Source: Candidatus Melainabacteria bacterium 17Bon1m
GTDB taxonomy: Bacteria > Cyanobacteriota > Vampirovibrionia > Obscuribacterales > Obscuribacteraceae
Reading direction: 5' to 3'
NCBI GenBank assembly: GCA_032128875.1
Contig: JAVLKG010000007.1
Location: 96,001-160,000, forward strand
DNA length: 64,000 bases
Position 1 is the stretch's first letter. Each line of letters opens with the position of its first letter. The position numbers and the translations under genes are program-made. Of the stretch, positions 9,657 to 20,427 are shown one piece after another. The notes under the pieces were generated by a model that was given only the letters and a program-made list of their open reading frames with translations, was not told the DNA's origin and did not search any database.

Positions 9657-9986
9657 TCGTCGCCTCGCGCCTTCCTGCACAACAGGAAGAGCGGGAATAA
9701 AAAAACGCAGCGTCAAAGCGTTCTAGCAGAATTGCTGCTGTAGTTTTTTGTCAGAGTACAGTCCGATTGCCTTTTCCAGGCGTCGCCCTCTGTACTCTGA
9801 TTTTTCCACGCGTCCCTACTAATGCTTTCAGTATCTACTATCACAAAGAGTTTACAAACCGCGTTGTTGAAGGGCATATTTCAATTGGCTCGAGCTAGAA
9901 AAGAAATGCTTTCGGTCAAGAAAAAAGCTCTGGTCAAAACAAAGATCTTTTCCGCAGTTTCAGGCAACACTCATTTTCTTCTCTCG

Positions 9987-12224
9987 ATGCCGCGTCGCAA
10001 CCCCCATACAACCAAAACCATTTCACGCGCTGCAGCATGTATAGCGGCTCTGTTGCTGATACAAGCTTGCGCATCGAGCTGGCAGGTAGCGGCCGACCTA
10101 TATCGCAATGCGCAATCAGCAGAGACGTCCAAAGATCTGAAGAAAGCAGAGCAGCTCTACACTTCGTGCGTCTCTGCCGGATTAGACGCAAGACGAGAGG
10201 ACTATCAACTGGCAGCCCTCAATCGTTTGAGCGATTTGGAAAGGCAGCTAAGCAATCAGTCCAAAGCAAAAGCGTACATGAATCAAGCTGCGACTCTGGC
10301 AGAAAACATCAAGGAGGGTGCAGACAACAACAACGTGATCGACGATTCAAAACTGTTTTCCCTTCCAAAAGAACAGCATATTGCGTTAATGCGGCTTGCT
10401 GACTGGGAATTCGAAGACGGCAACTATATCTCGGCGCGCAAACTATTCGAGAAAGCATCGGCTTTAGAACAGCAATTGCAAATCGATGCCAACTCAAATG
10501 AGTCAGCGTTTTTGCGAATTGCCAGGCTGGATTCGCGCGCTGAAATCGAACACAAGCAAGTCGCATTAGCTATGTCCAAAGATCCATCTGCAGCACTGAT
10601 CCGCGGACCGGCATACGAACACCGCCTGCAAGATCGGCGCAAAATTTTGCACAGGTGGAACGAGATACTCAACCAGTATAGAGCCGACGGCACCGACAGA
10701 AGCGGTAAAGAAGTCCTAAGAATGCTGCAGCTATTGCGCACCACATATGGTTACACAGAACCAGAATTCAGAAGCGCAATGAACTTCGGCGTAAAAACAT
10801 TCCTTTTACATGGACATCCAGACCATGTCGCTTCGATTGTCGAGCAGGATCTACCTCTCTACAAAAACTTCTCGCAAGAGGATTTGGATAACGCGGTGCC
10901 GCAAGCCGTAGATAACGCCACCTGTTACGCACAGGACTTAGTCCTATTGGCAATGATCTACCGGCATCAAGGACGTTTTGAGGAGTCTCTAGGCAAATGC
11001 ATGGAGGCTCAAAAGCTTTCTAAGCAAGTGATTCCGGCCAATTCCTCACTCGAATGGGAACTTGCGCTCGAAACAGCGATTGCTCTCGAGCACAATAATA
11101 GATACGCAGAGGCTGTACCGTATCGCAAACTAGTACTGGCTAAAGCGAATCAAAATGACGTTTCACAATCAAGTTATGCCGATCTCCTGGGCAATTTAGG
11201 AACAGATTATTTCGAGGGTGGAAACAGTGTAGAAGCAGAGGCGGCCTTCAAAGAAGCCATCAGGCTAAAACGAATACAAAAGAGCAAAGAAAGCTTTTCG
11301 TACATTTTATTGGCATATGCAAAAACTCTTTTAGCCCTTGGACGAAACGCCGAAGCGCGCAAAATCCTACTTGAATCAATTCCTGACAGCCAGAAGGAAG
11401 GTGGATTTCAACCCATCCACAATTATTCACTGCTGGTATCAGCTTGTCGGGACATAAATCCCAAGGAAGCGGTGATTTACGGCAAGAAATCGATTGAACT
11501 GATGCGCAAGAATGGCACATACAATCATGACTACATGATGCCGGAAAACTGCGTGAGAGTTGCGGAAATTCAAGTCTGCCACGGACTCTACAAGGACGCA
11601 ATCAAAACACTAGACGAAGGTTATGATTGGCAAAAGTCACATGGAAAAGAACTTACCGCGCATACTGCAGGCATGCTTAACCTGAAGGGCACAGCTTTGC
11701 ACGAGCTAGGGAAGCTCGACGAAGAAGAAGCAACAAGACTCAAGGCGATAGAACTATGCAGGAGATTCAACCCACCGCAACCGGGACCTCTCGCCAGCAC
11801 CTTATTTCAAACCGCATCACGATTGCAGCAGAGATCAAAGTGGGATCAGGCAGAAAAGCTGTACAAAGAAGCGCTTCTTGTCAGTGCTGAAAAGGATAAT
11901 CCTACATGCCGTCAGGTCAGTCTACAGAGCAAGGCGACGTTAGGTGTAATCGCGGCGGTTCACCGAAAAGATACAAAATTGGCAGAGCAATACAAGTCAG
12001 AGATATTGCCGATCGACAAAAAATATTTTTGCAACATCACACACTCCGACATCTCAATGCTCGTCACTGTTGCGGACCTTTGTTTCATTCTGCACGATAA
12101 GAGGAATCTCAAACTTATCATGGATACAGCTCAGTCGATTTATGACAAAGATCCGCAAAAACAGGCTGATCAACTGGAAAGACTGCGGCGACACAGAAAA
12201 ACATACGCTGCGCTTTTGAATTAG
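9987..12224 (+). CDS. Exported TPR-repeat protein
   Basis: Signal-like segment ending IQAC; many TPR-like helices; paralogous to 14219..16540; start placed at MPRRN (ORF is open from 9822). Confidence 0.8.
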   Translation: MPRRNPHTTKTISRAAACIAALLLIQACASSWQVAADLYRNAQSAETSKDLKKAEQLYTSCVSAGLDARREDYQLAALNRLSDLERQLSNQSKAKAYMNQAATLAENIKEGADNNNVIDDSKLFSLPKEQHIALMRLADWEFEDGNYISARKLFEKASALEQQLQIDANSNESAFLRIARLDSRAEIEHKQVALAMSKDPSAALIRGPAYEHRLQDRRKILHRWNEILNQYRADGTDRSGKEVLRMLQLLRTTYGYTEPEFRSAMNFGVKTFLLHGHPDHVASIVEQDLPLYKNFSQEDLDNAVPQAVDNATCYAQDLVLLAMIYRHQGRFEESLGKCMEAQKLSKQVIPANSSLEWELALETAIALEHNNRYAEAVPYRKLVLAKANQNDVSQSSYADLLGNLGTDYFEGGNSVEAEAAFKEAIRLKRIQKSKESFSYILLAYAKTLLALGRNAEARKILLESIPDSQKEGGFQPIHNYSLLVSACRDINPKEAVIYGKKSIELMRKNGTYNHDYMMPENCVRVAEIQVCHGLYKDAIKTLDEGYDWQKSHGKELTAHTAGMLNLKGTALHELGKLDEEEATRLKAIELCRRFNPPQPGPLASTLFQTASRLQQRSKWDQAEKLYKEALLVSAEKDNPTCRQVSLQSKATLGVIAAVHRKDTKLAEQYKSEILPIDKKYFCNITHSDISMLVTVADLCFILHDKRNLKLIMDTAQSIYDKDPQKQADQLERLRRHRKTYAALLN

Positions 12225-12233
12225 AACCAAGTC

Positions 12234-13130
12234 TTATCCAAAGAGCCCGAGCGGATCCAATGCTTTCTTGATCACTTTGTTAGGGTCTTTGAGGTCGGAT
12301 GGTTTAGGAAAAAGTCCCAGAGGATCAGCGACTCTATGTGCTTGATCGAAATTACCACCACTCCACATACCGCTATCGGTTCTTGCGTGCCCGTGATCAT
12401 TGTTGTAATGCTCGCGAGCGCGATATCCCTCACCGGTGCCCCACAGATCTTGTCCTTGATTGATTGAACTGCCATTTTCGTAGCGACCGGTCATTTCATT
12501 GAAATTCGGTGAACCACCAGCATGCACTCTGTCTTCGTCCCGATACATGTGATCGTGAACATGACGCTCATCTTCGCCCGTTCTTGAGTCGCTGAAGTTT
12601 CTTTGTGCTGAATCTATTTCGCCAAGACTCTGTAAGAGTGACTTAATCGCTCCTCTTTCATCACCGTTCTTCAATTGTTTGATTGCTTGTTCGACTTTCT
12701 TGTCGGCATCCCTCACGTCACGACGCCCATCTACCATGTCATCCAAATTCTCCGTAGTAGCGGATGCACCCAGGTGTTTGATGGCGTTCTTGTAGTCACC
12801 GCTGGCGCCGTCCAGGGAATCGTCGCTCTTCTGCAAATCTTTCAGGAGTTTGTTGGTGTCATAATTCCCATCGAGTAATCGGTCAACAACTCTGCTTATC
12901 CTGTTTTCCGCACGAAGCAGATCGCTGTTACCGTCGTTCAATTCACGATTTCCGCGTCTCGAGTTATAGATATCGTTGTCGCCCATATCAATGAAAGTAA
13001 GCTTGCTTTCGTCTGATCTTGGATTGTTTCCACGCCAATTAGAACTATCCCACGCTTGTACTGCGAATTCACTTGTGGCGCTTGATGAGCCGCGTTCTGC
13101 TACGTCAAAAGATTCGCGCTCGGTGGTCAT
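12234..13130 (-). CDS. Hypothetical protein (hydrophilic, helical core, DPLGLF twice at the C-terminus)
   Basis: 298-aa ORF with GGGGGT RBS-like sequence; no known domain recognised. Confidence 0.75.
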   Translation of the reverse strand: MTTERESFDVAERGSSSATSEFAVQAWDSSNWRGNNPRSDESKLTFIDMGDNDIYNSRRGNRELNDGNSDLLRAENRISRVVDRLLDGNYDTNKLLKDLQKSDDSLDGASGDYKNAIKHLGASATTENLDDMVDGRRDVRDADKKVEQAIKQLKNGDERGAIKSLLQSLGEIDSAQRNFSDSRTGEDERHVHDHMYRDEDRVHAGGSPNFNEMTGRYENGSSINQGQDLWGTGEGYRAREHYNNDHGHARTDSGMWSGGNFDQAHRVADPLGLFPKPSDLKDPNKVIKKALDPLGLFG

Positions 13131-13323
13131 TGGAATTACCCCCTAAAAACAGCTAATGCTAGATTTTGTTAGTAAGGTTGCCCGGCTGAAGCGCAAAAGC
13201 AAAGTTAGCGGGTGCAACTATGCAACAGTACGGCGACTAACGTGGCAATTACGTGGCAACCAGCACCGGCAAGACTTTCCGCGCCTTCTTATTGTTATTC
13301 TCTCTGTCGCAAGCTTCTCTTTC

Positions 13324-14082
13324 TCAGCGCTTTTTACCGCTCAAAGGAACAAGCTCGTCCAGAAGTCCGCTGTCTTTCAACTCACCATCGTATTCTGTCA
13401 AAGTACGTTTGTAGCCAGGCGGAATATCCATCGCTTCCAACGGCATCATCTTTTTCTCACACGACAAAGTATCAATAACCACCACATGATTTTTGTTTCT
13501 CGTCACATGGATAAATCGCAAAGGCAGCTTGCCTACCTGCGGGCAGCCACGCAGGCGAGCAATCAAATTGGCAGCAGGTGCAGCGACTTTCAAATCGGAC
13601 GCAATCCAAAAACCGCATATCCGCAGCTCTTCCGGTATGCATTCAAAGCCAGTCTCATATTTTTTGTCCTTACAAGTCGCATCTATCAAGCGTTCGGAGT
13701 TCAGGTTGGCGATTTTGGCTTTCTCCACTGTTTGCCACTTCACCTTTCTCAAATCGCCGCCTTCAAGCAGCATGTAGCGTTGCATCAAAAGGGCCTGAGT
13801 GTTGTTCTTCGAATCAAAATAAGTTCGATTGGACGGGTTTAAGACCACCGCGTTCCACTGAGGCGCGCGTGCAATGGTCACTCGTCCCGCATTTTCTTGA
13901 ACAACCCGCAGAACATTGGCGCCCAGATATAAAGTTTCCAGCCCGCCCTGTCTCGATTTCTGCTTGATCACCAAGACTTCTGAAGCCTTACCTGCTGCAA
14001 AGGCTGGTTGAACAAACGCTATCAACGCCGCTACCGATAAGCAAAAACATGGCAGCAGAAAAACGCGATTGTCGTAGAGCAT
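13324..14082 (-). CDS. Hypothetical exported protein
   Basis: Signal peptide ending PAFA; beta-rich body; start placed at MLYDN (ORF is open from 14172). Confidence 0.7.
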   Translation of the reverse strand: MLYDNRVFLLPCFCLSVAALIAFVQPAFAAGKASEVLVIKQKSRQGGLETLYLGANVLRVVQENAGRVTIARAPQWNAVVLNPSNRTYFDSKNNTQALLMQRYMLLEGGDLRKVKWQTVEKAKIANLNSERLIDATCKDKKYETGFECIPEELRICGFWIASDLKVAAPAANLIARLRGCPQVGKLPLRFIHVTRNKNHVVVIDTLSCEKKMMPLEAMDIPPGYKRTLTEYDGELKDSGLLDELVPLSGKKR

Positions 14083-14218
14083 TTTAGTCAGTTCTGTAGG
14101 ATTTCGAACAACAAAGTCGCCAACTATCAGACAGACAAATGAAAGACCTATCTGTTTTATACCAAAAGCCAACGAAGTAAGTGTTTAACCATGTGGAATA
14201 TCACTATGAGCACGACTA

Positions 14219-16540
14219 TTGGCTCAAAGAGAGTTCGCATTGAACCGCAAGCAAATCTGCCTTCTCATCACCCTTTCGCTCCTCACGGGTTGCAGCGCAG
14301 ACGGTGTTTCTCAAAAGGAGATGGAGGATTTGGTTAGTCAGGCGCGTGTTGATGCGGCGGCAAAGCAATACGCGGACGCTGAGAAGAAGCTTTTGAAATG
14401 CCTTGAGTATGCCAATAAAGATACGCAACTTTCTATTCGCCTGAAAGTGCTCAACCAGCTTGCAGACTTGGAATCAGAGCAACACAACTCCACGAAGGCA
14501 AAAGAGTACATGCAAACTGCCGGCAATCTTGCCGACGAATATTCGCGTTCTGACCCTTCCGCGTTCACGTCCGCTGAACCGCGACTGCTCAAAGAAGCGA
14601 TCAAAGCCATGATTCGCAGGGCCGATGATTTCGCCGAGTTTGGACGTTATGACGCAGCCCGGTCTTTCTATTTAGGTGCAAGAGAAATGCATCGCGCAGA
14701 CTTGGACCTACCGCCGGAAGACTCTCCGGAAATTCGTCTGCAAAAGCTCCAAGATCGGGTCAGAAGCGAGAAACATGCGATTGAACAAGAAGATGGCTTG
14801 AATGATTCTAAAGATCCTAAGTTTGCGGCTCGGGTGGGAAGAACAGCCGCACGGCGCGCGCTGATGGACCAGATGAAAGTCCTTACGCTGGTGATGATGA
14901 AAAACCCGAACACCGAAACTCTCGACAGGATGTTTCCCATTGTCGAGAAGATTCGCACCGCATATGGTGACCGCGAAAGTGAATACAGAGCGGCGCTGGA
15001 AAACACTGTCAATTTCGGAGCCCTGCACGGACACCGCGAAAAGGCTCTTGCACTGCTCAAATCCGATATGGCACTCTATGAAAACATCGATGTGAATAGG
15101 GCACTCGCAGCGGACACACAAAGTCTCGAGGACTCGACCTTCCTGATTTCAGACCTAGCCAGCTATACAAAGCTGATGATGCATGAAGACAACTACATAG
15201 AGACGCGCAACGCAGCGCTTCGAGGCATAAAACTGGCTGAAGATGTGCGTCATGTCGACTCCGAGAGTTACGCCAATCTGCTCAAAGCGGCAGCGTGGGA
15301 AAGAGAACAGCGAACTCGCTATGAAGAGGCAATTTCCTTCAGGCAACGGCAAATTGCCATGCTCAAGAATTTGAAACTGACCGACGACTACCCCTTCTAC
15401 TATGAAGGTAGACTAGAACTCGGACATGATTTATTAATGGTAGGACGAGCTAAAGACGGGCTTCCAGAGATTGAATATGCAATTTCGCGGCTAAAAGTAA
15501 AGCAACCAAAAGACGAAATTTTAGCTTACGCTTACACAGCGAAAGCAGAGTGCTTGCGCTCGTTAGGCGAACTCCAAAACGCGCGTCAGTGCATGATTGA
15601 TGCTCAAAAACTTTGGGAGTTACGCGGCGGCGTTGAACAGAAATTTGGTTGCTATCGGATTCTCAGCAAAGTGTCCAGAGGATTGAAACGATTCGATGAA
15701 GCGCATCAAGCTGGGTTGAAAGCTCTTCAAAACTGCCAAAAACTCCCCACTGCCCAAAGGCTGAGCGCACTGCCGGACGCCTATCAGGAGCTGGCTCAAA
15801 TCGAGATGGAGCGAAAGCGCTACAAAGAAGCAGAAGCATATGAGCGCAAGGCGCTAGAAGCGCAACTTAAGGTCCAGCCAGAGCCAAGTTTCGCAGCAGC
15901 AGGCATGCTAAATCTAATTGCCCTCGCAGCGACAAATCAGGGAAAACTTGCTGAAGCAGAAGCGCTCCGGCTGCGCGCTGTAAAAATGTGCCGCGACAGC
16001 AAGGAAACTCCGCGGACACCAGAATTGAGCACGCAATTGCAGCTTGCCAATTTTTACGAAACAACCAAACAGAGCGATAAAGCGGAGAAATCGTACAGAG
16101 AGTTTATCTCAGCTACAGAAAAACTCAAAAAACGTGGCGGTGAAGAGATGAAAGACCAATACGCCATTCAATACCTGCGTGCAGCGCGATTAGAGCTCGC
16201 GCAGCTGCTCAGAGACAAGAAGCCGCTGGACTCCAAAAAACTCAAAGACGAATCGCTTCAACAGGCTCCCTCATTGATGACAGCTGACCCAGTGCAGGAC
16301 TGCAATTACTACCTCAAGCTGGGCGACCTTTGTATGAACCTTAGTGACTTTGAAAACGCAGAAAAGGTTTTGCAAGAAGCTGAAAAATTGGCGGGTTCAA
16401 CAAAACCACCCCTTACAGACTGGCAGATTCAAGTTCTATCGCGCAAGAGAGAGCTCTACAAAGCCACCAAGCGCGAGAAATTGGCACAAGGTGCGGCGTC
16501 GGAACTTGAGCGCCTGAAAAACCCCCCAGGAGGTCAATAG
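14219..16540 (+). CDS. TPR-repeat lipoprotein
   Basis: LLTGC lipobox; TPR-like repeats; paralog of the 9987 gene. Confidence 0.82.
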   Translation: MAQREFALNRKQICLLITLSLLTGCSADGVSQKEMEDLVSQARVDAAAKQYADAEKKLLKCLEYANKDTQLSIRLKVLNQLADLESEQHNSTKAKEYMQTAGNLADEYSRSDPSAFTSAEPRLLKEAIKAMIRRADDFAEFGRYDAARSFYLGAREMHRADLDLPPEDSPEIRLQKLQDRVRSEKHAIEQEDGLNDSKDPKFAARVGRTAARRALMDQMKVLTLVMMKNPNTETLDRMFPIVEKIRTAYGDRESEYRAALENTVNFGALHGHREKALALLKSDMALYENIDVNRALAADTQSLEDSTFLISDLASYTKLMMHEDNYIETRNAALRGIKLAEDVRHVDSESYANLLKAAAWEREQRTRYEEAISFRQRQIAMLKNLKLTDDYPFYYEGRLELGHDLLMVGRAKDGLPEIEYAISRLKVKQPKDEILAYAYTAKAECLRSLGELQNARQCMIDAQKLWELRGGVEQKFGCYRILSKVSRGLKRFDEAHQAGLKALQNCQKLPTAQRLSALPDAYQELAQIEMERKRYKEAEAYERKALEAQLKVQPEPSFAAAGMLNLIALAATNQGKLAEAEALRLRAVKMCRDSKETPRTPELSTQLQLANFYETTKQSDKAEKSYREFISATEKLKKRGGEEMKDQYAIQYLRAARLELAQLLRDKKPLDSKKLKDESLQQAPSLMTADPVQDCNYYLKLGDLCMNLSDFENAEKVLQEAEKLAGSTKPPLTDWQIQVLSRKRELYKATKREKLAQGAASELERLKNPPGGQ

Positions 16541-16569
16541 ACTTTTCTACTCAGCCATTTGCGGGTAAA

Positions 16570-17901
16570 GTGATGCAGGGACCAATCAGAAAAGCTTTTA
16601 TGAAATTACCAAATTATTGTCGTCGCCAGCTTTTACTGTCTTTGAGTGTGGCGATCTTTGTATACACAACCCTCGCCGGTGCATGCGCGGAAAGCGGTGC
16701 GGCCCAAGAAACACAAAATCTCCTGCGCGCGCGGTTGTTCGAGACATTCTACGTAACGACACGCGCCAACGAAGGCAGCTCGTTCAAGCCTGTCTATGCA
16801 TCCAAGCGAAATTTGGATCTTGGCGGCGGATCACTCGACTACGGCTCTGCTGAAATTGAAAGACCCAATTCCGCCGCAGCGCTGCCTACTTCTGCCAACT
16901 TTCCGCAGTTCAAGCTTAATATGGAAACCGCCGACAAAGACTGGCAAGCAGCGCAGGTTAGGCGGTTTAACAGACTAAGTTTGCCCGACTTTTTAGTCAA
17001 AGTGAAAAACTGGCGTGGACCGATAATGGTGTTTATTCACGGATACGATGAGAGTTTTGACAAAGCATTGAAAGATGCTGCCATGATTGCGTATCAATTC
17101 GATTCTCGCAGCGATGTACCTGTACTGCCAATATGTTTTAGCTGGCCATCCCTCAACAGCAAAGCTGAATATGCCGCAGATGAAGCCAATCTAGAATGGA
17201 GTACGGCAGCATTTTTTGAGTTTCTCGACACTATAAAAGCAGCCAAAGATCCAGGTTCGCCACTAGATATGGTGGCACATAGCATGGGCAATCGCCCGGT
17301 GATTCAATACTGTTTTCAACATCGCAACGACGCACCCAGCTTCCGCAATATCATTCTTTCCGGCGCTGACGTTGATTACCATATGGCCGAATCACGCAAA
17401 AGCGACATCGAATCTGCCGCCGACAGAAGCGTGACAATAATAGTTTCTGACAGAGATGCTCCTCTTATAACGTCACAGCTCCTGCACGGACAACCCCGCC
17501 TTGGACGCCCCATAGATCCTCCAAACGTCCGGGCGGACAAATCAGAATTTCTTAGTTCTTCTTTTTGGTCGCGCCTTACACTCGATGCCAGCACGCTTTG
17601 GCTCCCCAACGCCATCAACATGGACGATGATGTCGTTCGCTGGATCAATAAAAATCCCAGCCTCGGCAAAGAATTCGGCGAAAAAACAATCTTCATCGAC
17701 GTAACTGATCTGGTCAGCGGTGAAATGGGGCATCGCCTTGCGTACCCAGTGATAGCCGGAATTCTGCGTGAAACGCTGGTGCCCCTCAGCGCCACAGCAG
17801 TCTACAAAAGACCTGACAAGCTGACACTCGAGGCAATGGGTGGCAGTCCTCGTTGGCTTTATAGATTTCACAAAATAGACTCCAACAAATTTAGACAATG
17901 A
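16570..17901 (+). CDS. Exported alpha/beta hydrolase (DUF900-like esterase/lipase)
   Basis: FYVTTR, VFIHGY, FSWPS, AHSMGNR nucleophile elbow, PRLG. Confidence 0.85.
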   Translation: MMQGPIRKAFMKLPNYCRRQLLLSLSVAIFVYTTLAGACAESGAAQETQNLLRARLFETFYVTTRANEGSSFKPVYASKRNLDLGGGSLDYGSAEIERPNSAAALPTSANFPQFKLNMETADKDWQAAQVRRFNRLSLPDFLVKVKNWRGPIMVFIHGYDESFDKALKDAAMIAYQFDSRSDVPVLPICFSWPSLNSKAEYAADEANLEWSTAAFFEFLDTIKAAKDPGSPLDMVAHSMGNRPVIQYCFQHRNDAPSFRNIILSGADVDYHMAESRKSDIESAADRSVTIIVSDRDAPLITSQLLHGQPRLGRPIDPPNVRADKSEFLSSSFWSRLTLDASTLWLPNAINMDDDVVRWINKNPSLGKEFGEKTIFIDVTDLVSGEMGHRLAYPVIAGILRETLVPLSATAVYKRPDKLTLEAMGGSPRWLYRFHKIDSNKFRQ

Positions 17902-19478
17902 AAACCACAGCCTGCGCCGTTGCTCTGGTCCTAACCCTCGGTGTTTGTGCTAACGCTGCAATTGCGCGCGCCTATACGACATTCGAAAAGGGTCTCGAAA
18001 AATTCAGTCACAGGCAATTCAAGGAAAGCATTGAGGTTTTCCTGAAAGCCGTCAAAGAAAATCCCCAAGATGCTGATGCTTGGACGTTCTTGGGCAGAGC
18101 TTACATGATGGAAGACAAGTTTCCACAAGCCGTCGACGCCTGCACGAAAGCAATCGAGCTCAACCCTGAAAACGCTCAAGCCTACACGTTTCGCGAGTTT
18201 TGCTATTTCCAAATGAGGCGCTTTCCAGAAGGGCTGGCGGACTCCGAGAAGGCCATTAAGTACTACAAGCCAAACCCGTTTGAGCCATCACTGGTCTGGG
18301 CGCTAGACAACCGCGTTCGCGCTTGCAAAATGATTCGCCGCCCAGACTTAATCGAGCAAGATTTGAACGTTTTGCAGACATACGAAATACTCAACAAAGC
18401 TATCAAACATCGCGAATGGGCACGGCTTGACGATGCGATAAAAACCGTTGACCAGGCGATTAAGAACATGCCGAAAAACGCGGACATGTGGTTTTTCAGA
18501 GGGGTCGTCAATTCGAACAAACGTGACTTCTGGAACGCCGCCGCCGAGTTTTCCAATGCAATTCGGTGCGCACCTGATGCGTGGTTTCTCTATTATTTCC
18601 GTGCCGATGTATATAAACAACTCAATCAAAACAGAGAAGCTGTGCGCGATCTCACAACAATCATCAACGCAAATCCGCGGCTTGCCGCGTATAGGTTTAC
18701 CTGTGAGACTGGACGTTTGCGCGATCAAGGCATTCGTGTCGATGAATCTCCAATTACTATGCAGGACATTTATTATCTGCGCGCTGAATCAAACGCAGAG
18801 CTGGGCAATATTCGCGAAGCAATCGAAGACCTTTCGGAAGCTCTCAAACTCGACCCTTCCGATACCAAAGTGCTGTCTCTTCGCGCTGAATTCGTAAGTG
18901 AAAACGGAAAAGACGACGAGGCAATTAAAGATTTCACCGAAGCGCTCAGGCAAAACCCCACTGATTGGACAAAGCATCAGCAGCGTGGAAACGCTTTTTT
19001 GAAGATCGGGAAAACAAAAGAAGCGATGGATGACTTCACCCAAATCATCAAGCTCAATCCCAAGGAGCCGGGCTCTTATTTGATACGCGCATTAGCGCTC
19101 GACAAAAATGGCGAACACGAAAAGGCTCTCGCTGATTACACACGAGTGATCGAACTTAATCCAAGTGATGACGATGCCTATCTTGCCCGCGCCGTCTGCC
19201 TCCAAGCGTTAAAACGGTACAAAGAAGCGCTCGATGACCTGGATAAGGCGGAAAGCCTGAACCCTGATAACAAGTCAATTGTTATGGCAGAAAAAGCAAA
19301 GCTGTATGTAGAAACTGGACAAGAATCCCTTGCCCGCAGTCAAACAATGCCATTGGACAGTGCTCTGGCAGCCAAAAGACCGAACTACTGGCTGTATGGC
19401 TCGATCGCTTTGGGATTTACACTAATCGGCACGACAGCATTCTTGGTTCGCAGAAAACGAAAAAGCAAAACCAAGTAG
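17898..19478 (+). CDS. TPR-repeat protein with signal peptide and C-terminal membrane anchor
   Basis: Canonical TPRs (AIELNP, ALKLDP, IIKLNP); C-terminal TM followed by a basic tail; ATGA-coupled to the hydrolase. Confidence 0.88.
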   Translation: MKTTACAVALVLTLGVCANAAIARAYTTFEKGLEKFSHRQFKESIEVFLKAVKENPQDADAWTFLGRAYMMEDKFPQAVDACTKAIELNPENAQAYTFREFCYFQMRRFPEGLADSEKAIKYYKPNPFEPSLVWALDNRVRACKMIRRPDLIEQDLNVLQTYEILNKAIKHREWARLDDAIKTVDQAIKNMPKNADMWFFRGVVNSNKRDFWNAAAEFSNAIRCAPDAWFLYYFRADVYKQLNQNREAVRDLTTIINANPRLAAYRFTCETGRLRDQGIRVDESPITMQDIYYLRAESNAELGNIREAIEDLSEALKLDPSDTKVLSLRAEFVSENGKDDEAIKDFTEALRQNPTDWTKHQQRGNAFLKIGKTKEAMDDFTQIIKLNPKEPGSYLIRALALDKNGEHEKALADYTRVIELNPSDDDAYLARAVCLQALKRYKEALDDLDKAESLNPDNKSIVMAEKAKLYVETGQESLARSQTMPLDSALAAKRPNYWLYGSIALGFTLIGTTAFLVRRKRKSKTK

Positions 19479-19542
19479 AATGCAAAACAGTGTCTGCACA
19501 CAGACCAGATCAGCGAGCATCAAGTATAGGATTTTTGCTTCT

Positions 19543-20100
19543 ATGCACAAGATCGTCGGAATTTCGATAATTGCCCTTCTCGTCACTCTGCTCGGCTGGT
19601 GCCGTTTGGGAGTATTAGCCGCAGACCAAAAGAGCGAGGGTAAATTGCCATTTGACCCGGCGAACGCAAAAGACATCACGCCCGACGCTTTCAAGGGAAT
19701 TCTCAAAGTTTATAAAACCCCCGAGATGAATGCTTCGATGCCTACATATGTGGTCAGAGGGAGCGAATATTTGTCCCTCGGAACTTCATTCGGAGGCGAC
19801 GGAGTGTATTCGGTCATCGCGGCTGACATAAACGGCGACGGGAAGAAGGACTTGGTCTACCTTTACTCCTGGGGCTCCGGATTGCATCGCACAAATATTG
19901 GCGCAGTGGAAGTCGGAGCAAAACTGATCGATCATCAAGCTGCGGACATGCTGATGGATCGAGACGAAGACATCAAGCTGCTTACGGGTAATGGCAAGAT
20001 CACTATTTCAGTCAAAGACAAACCGTATGCAGACCTAGTCCTGCGCGCAGATAAGTCCGGCTCCAAAGTTTTAGTTCTGGAAAAGCGAAACCCAACTTAA
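19543..20100 (+). CDS. Hypothetical exported protein with an FG-GAP-like Ca-binding loop
   Basis: Signal peptide; ADINGDGKKDL motif; start placed at MHKIV (ORF is open from 19480). Confidence 0.7.
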   Translation: MHKIVGISIIALLVTLLGWCRLGVLAADQKSEGKLPFDPANAKDITPDAFKGILKVYKTPEMNASMPTYVVRGSEYLSLGTSFGGDGVYSVIAADINGDGKKDLVYLYSWGSGLHRTNIGAVEVGAKLIDHQAADMLMDRDEDIKLLTGNGKITISVKDKPYADLVLRADKSGSKVLVLEKRNPT

Positions 20101-20109
20101 AAGCAGTCA

Positions 20110-20427
20110 TTAGTTTTTACTCGTGCAGATCATATAGATGACCGGCTTAGCGCCACGGTTTTCAGCTGCGTGGACTGTTCCTTTAGGCAAATCCAAGGCA
20201 TCACCGGCGGTGACAACAAACTCTTCACCGTCGATGATAAACACTATTTCGCCAGAGTGCACAACGATGTATTCATCGTGAGGATGACTATGCGGGCTGT
20301 AGTAGGCGCCCGGTCCATCTTGCCATGAAAAGATCGAGAAGCCCTCAGATGAGAGCTTCTCGCGCATTTCATTCACGGACTTGCAGTCCGAATATTTGCG
20401 TTGAGCCACAGAGGCCCGACGTTTCAC
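20110..20427 (-). CDS. Cupin-domain protein
   Basis: HSHPHDE...GD..DLPKGTVH cupin motifs; directly abuts clpC. Confidence 0.85.
   Translation of the reverse strand: MKRRASVAQRKYSDCKSVNEMREKLSSEGFSIFSWQDGPGAYYSPHSHPHDEYIVVHSGEIVFIIDGEEFVVTAGDALDLPKGTVHAAENRGAKPVIYMICTSKN

Noticed and set aside
13156-13842. 228-aa plus-strand ORF
   Set aside because: It overlaps the minus-strand exported protein, which has a signal peptide and more protein-like composition
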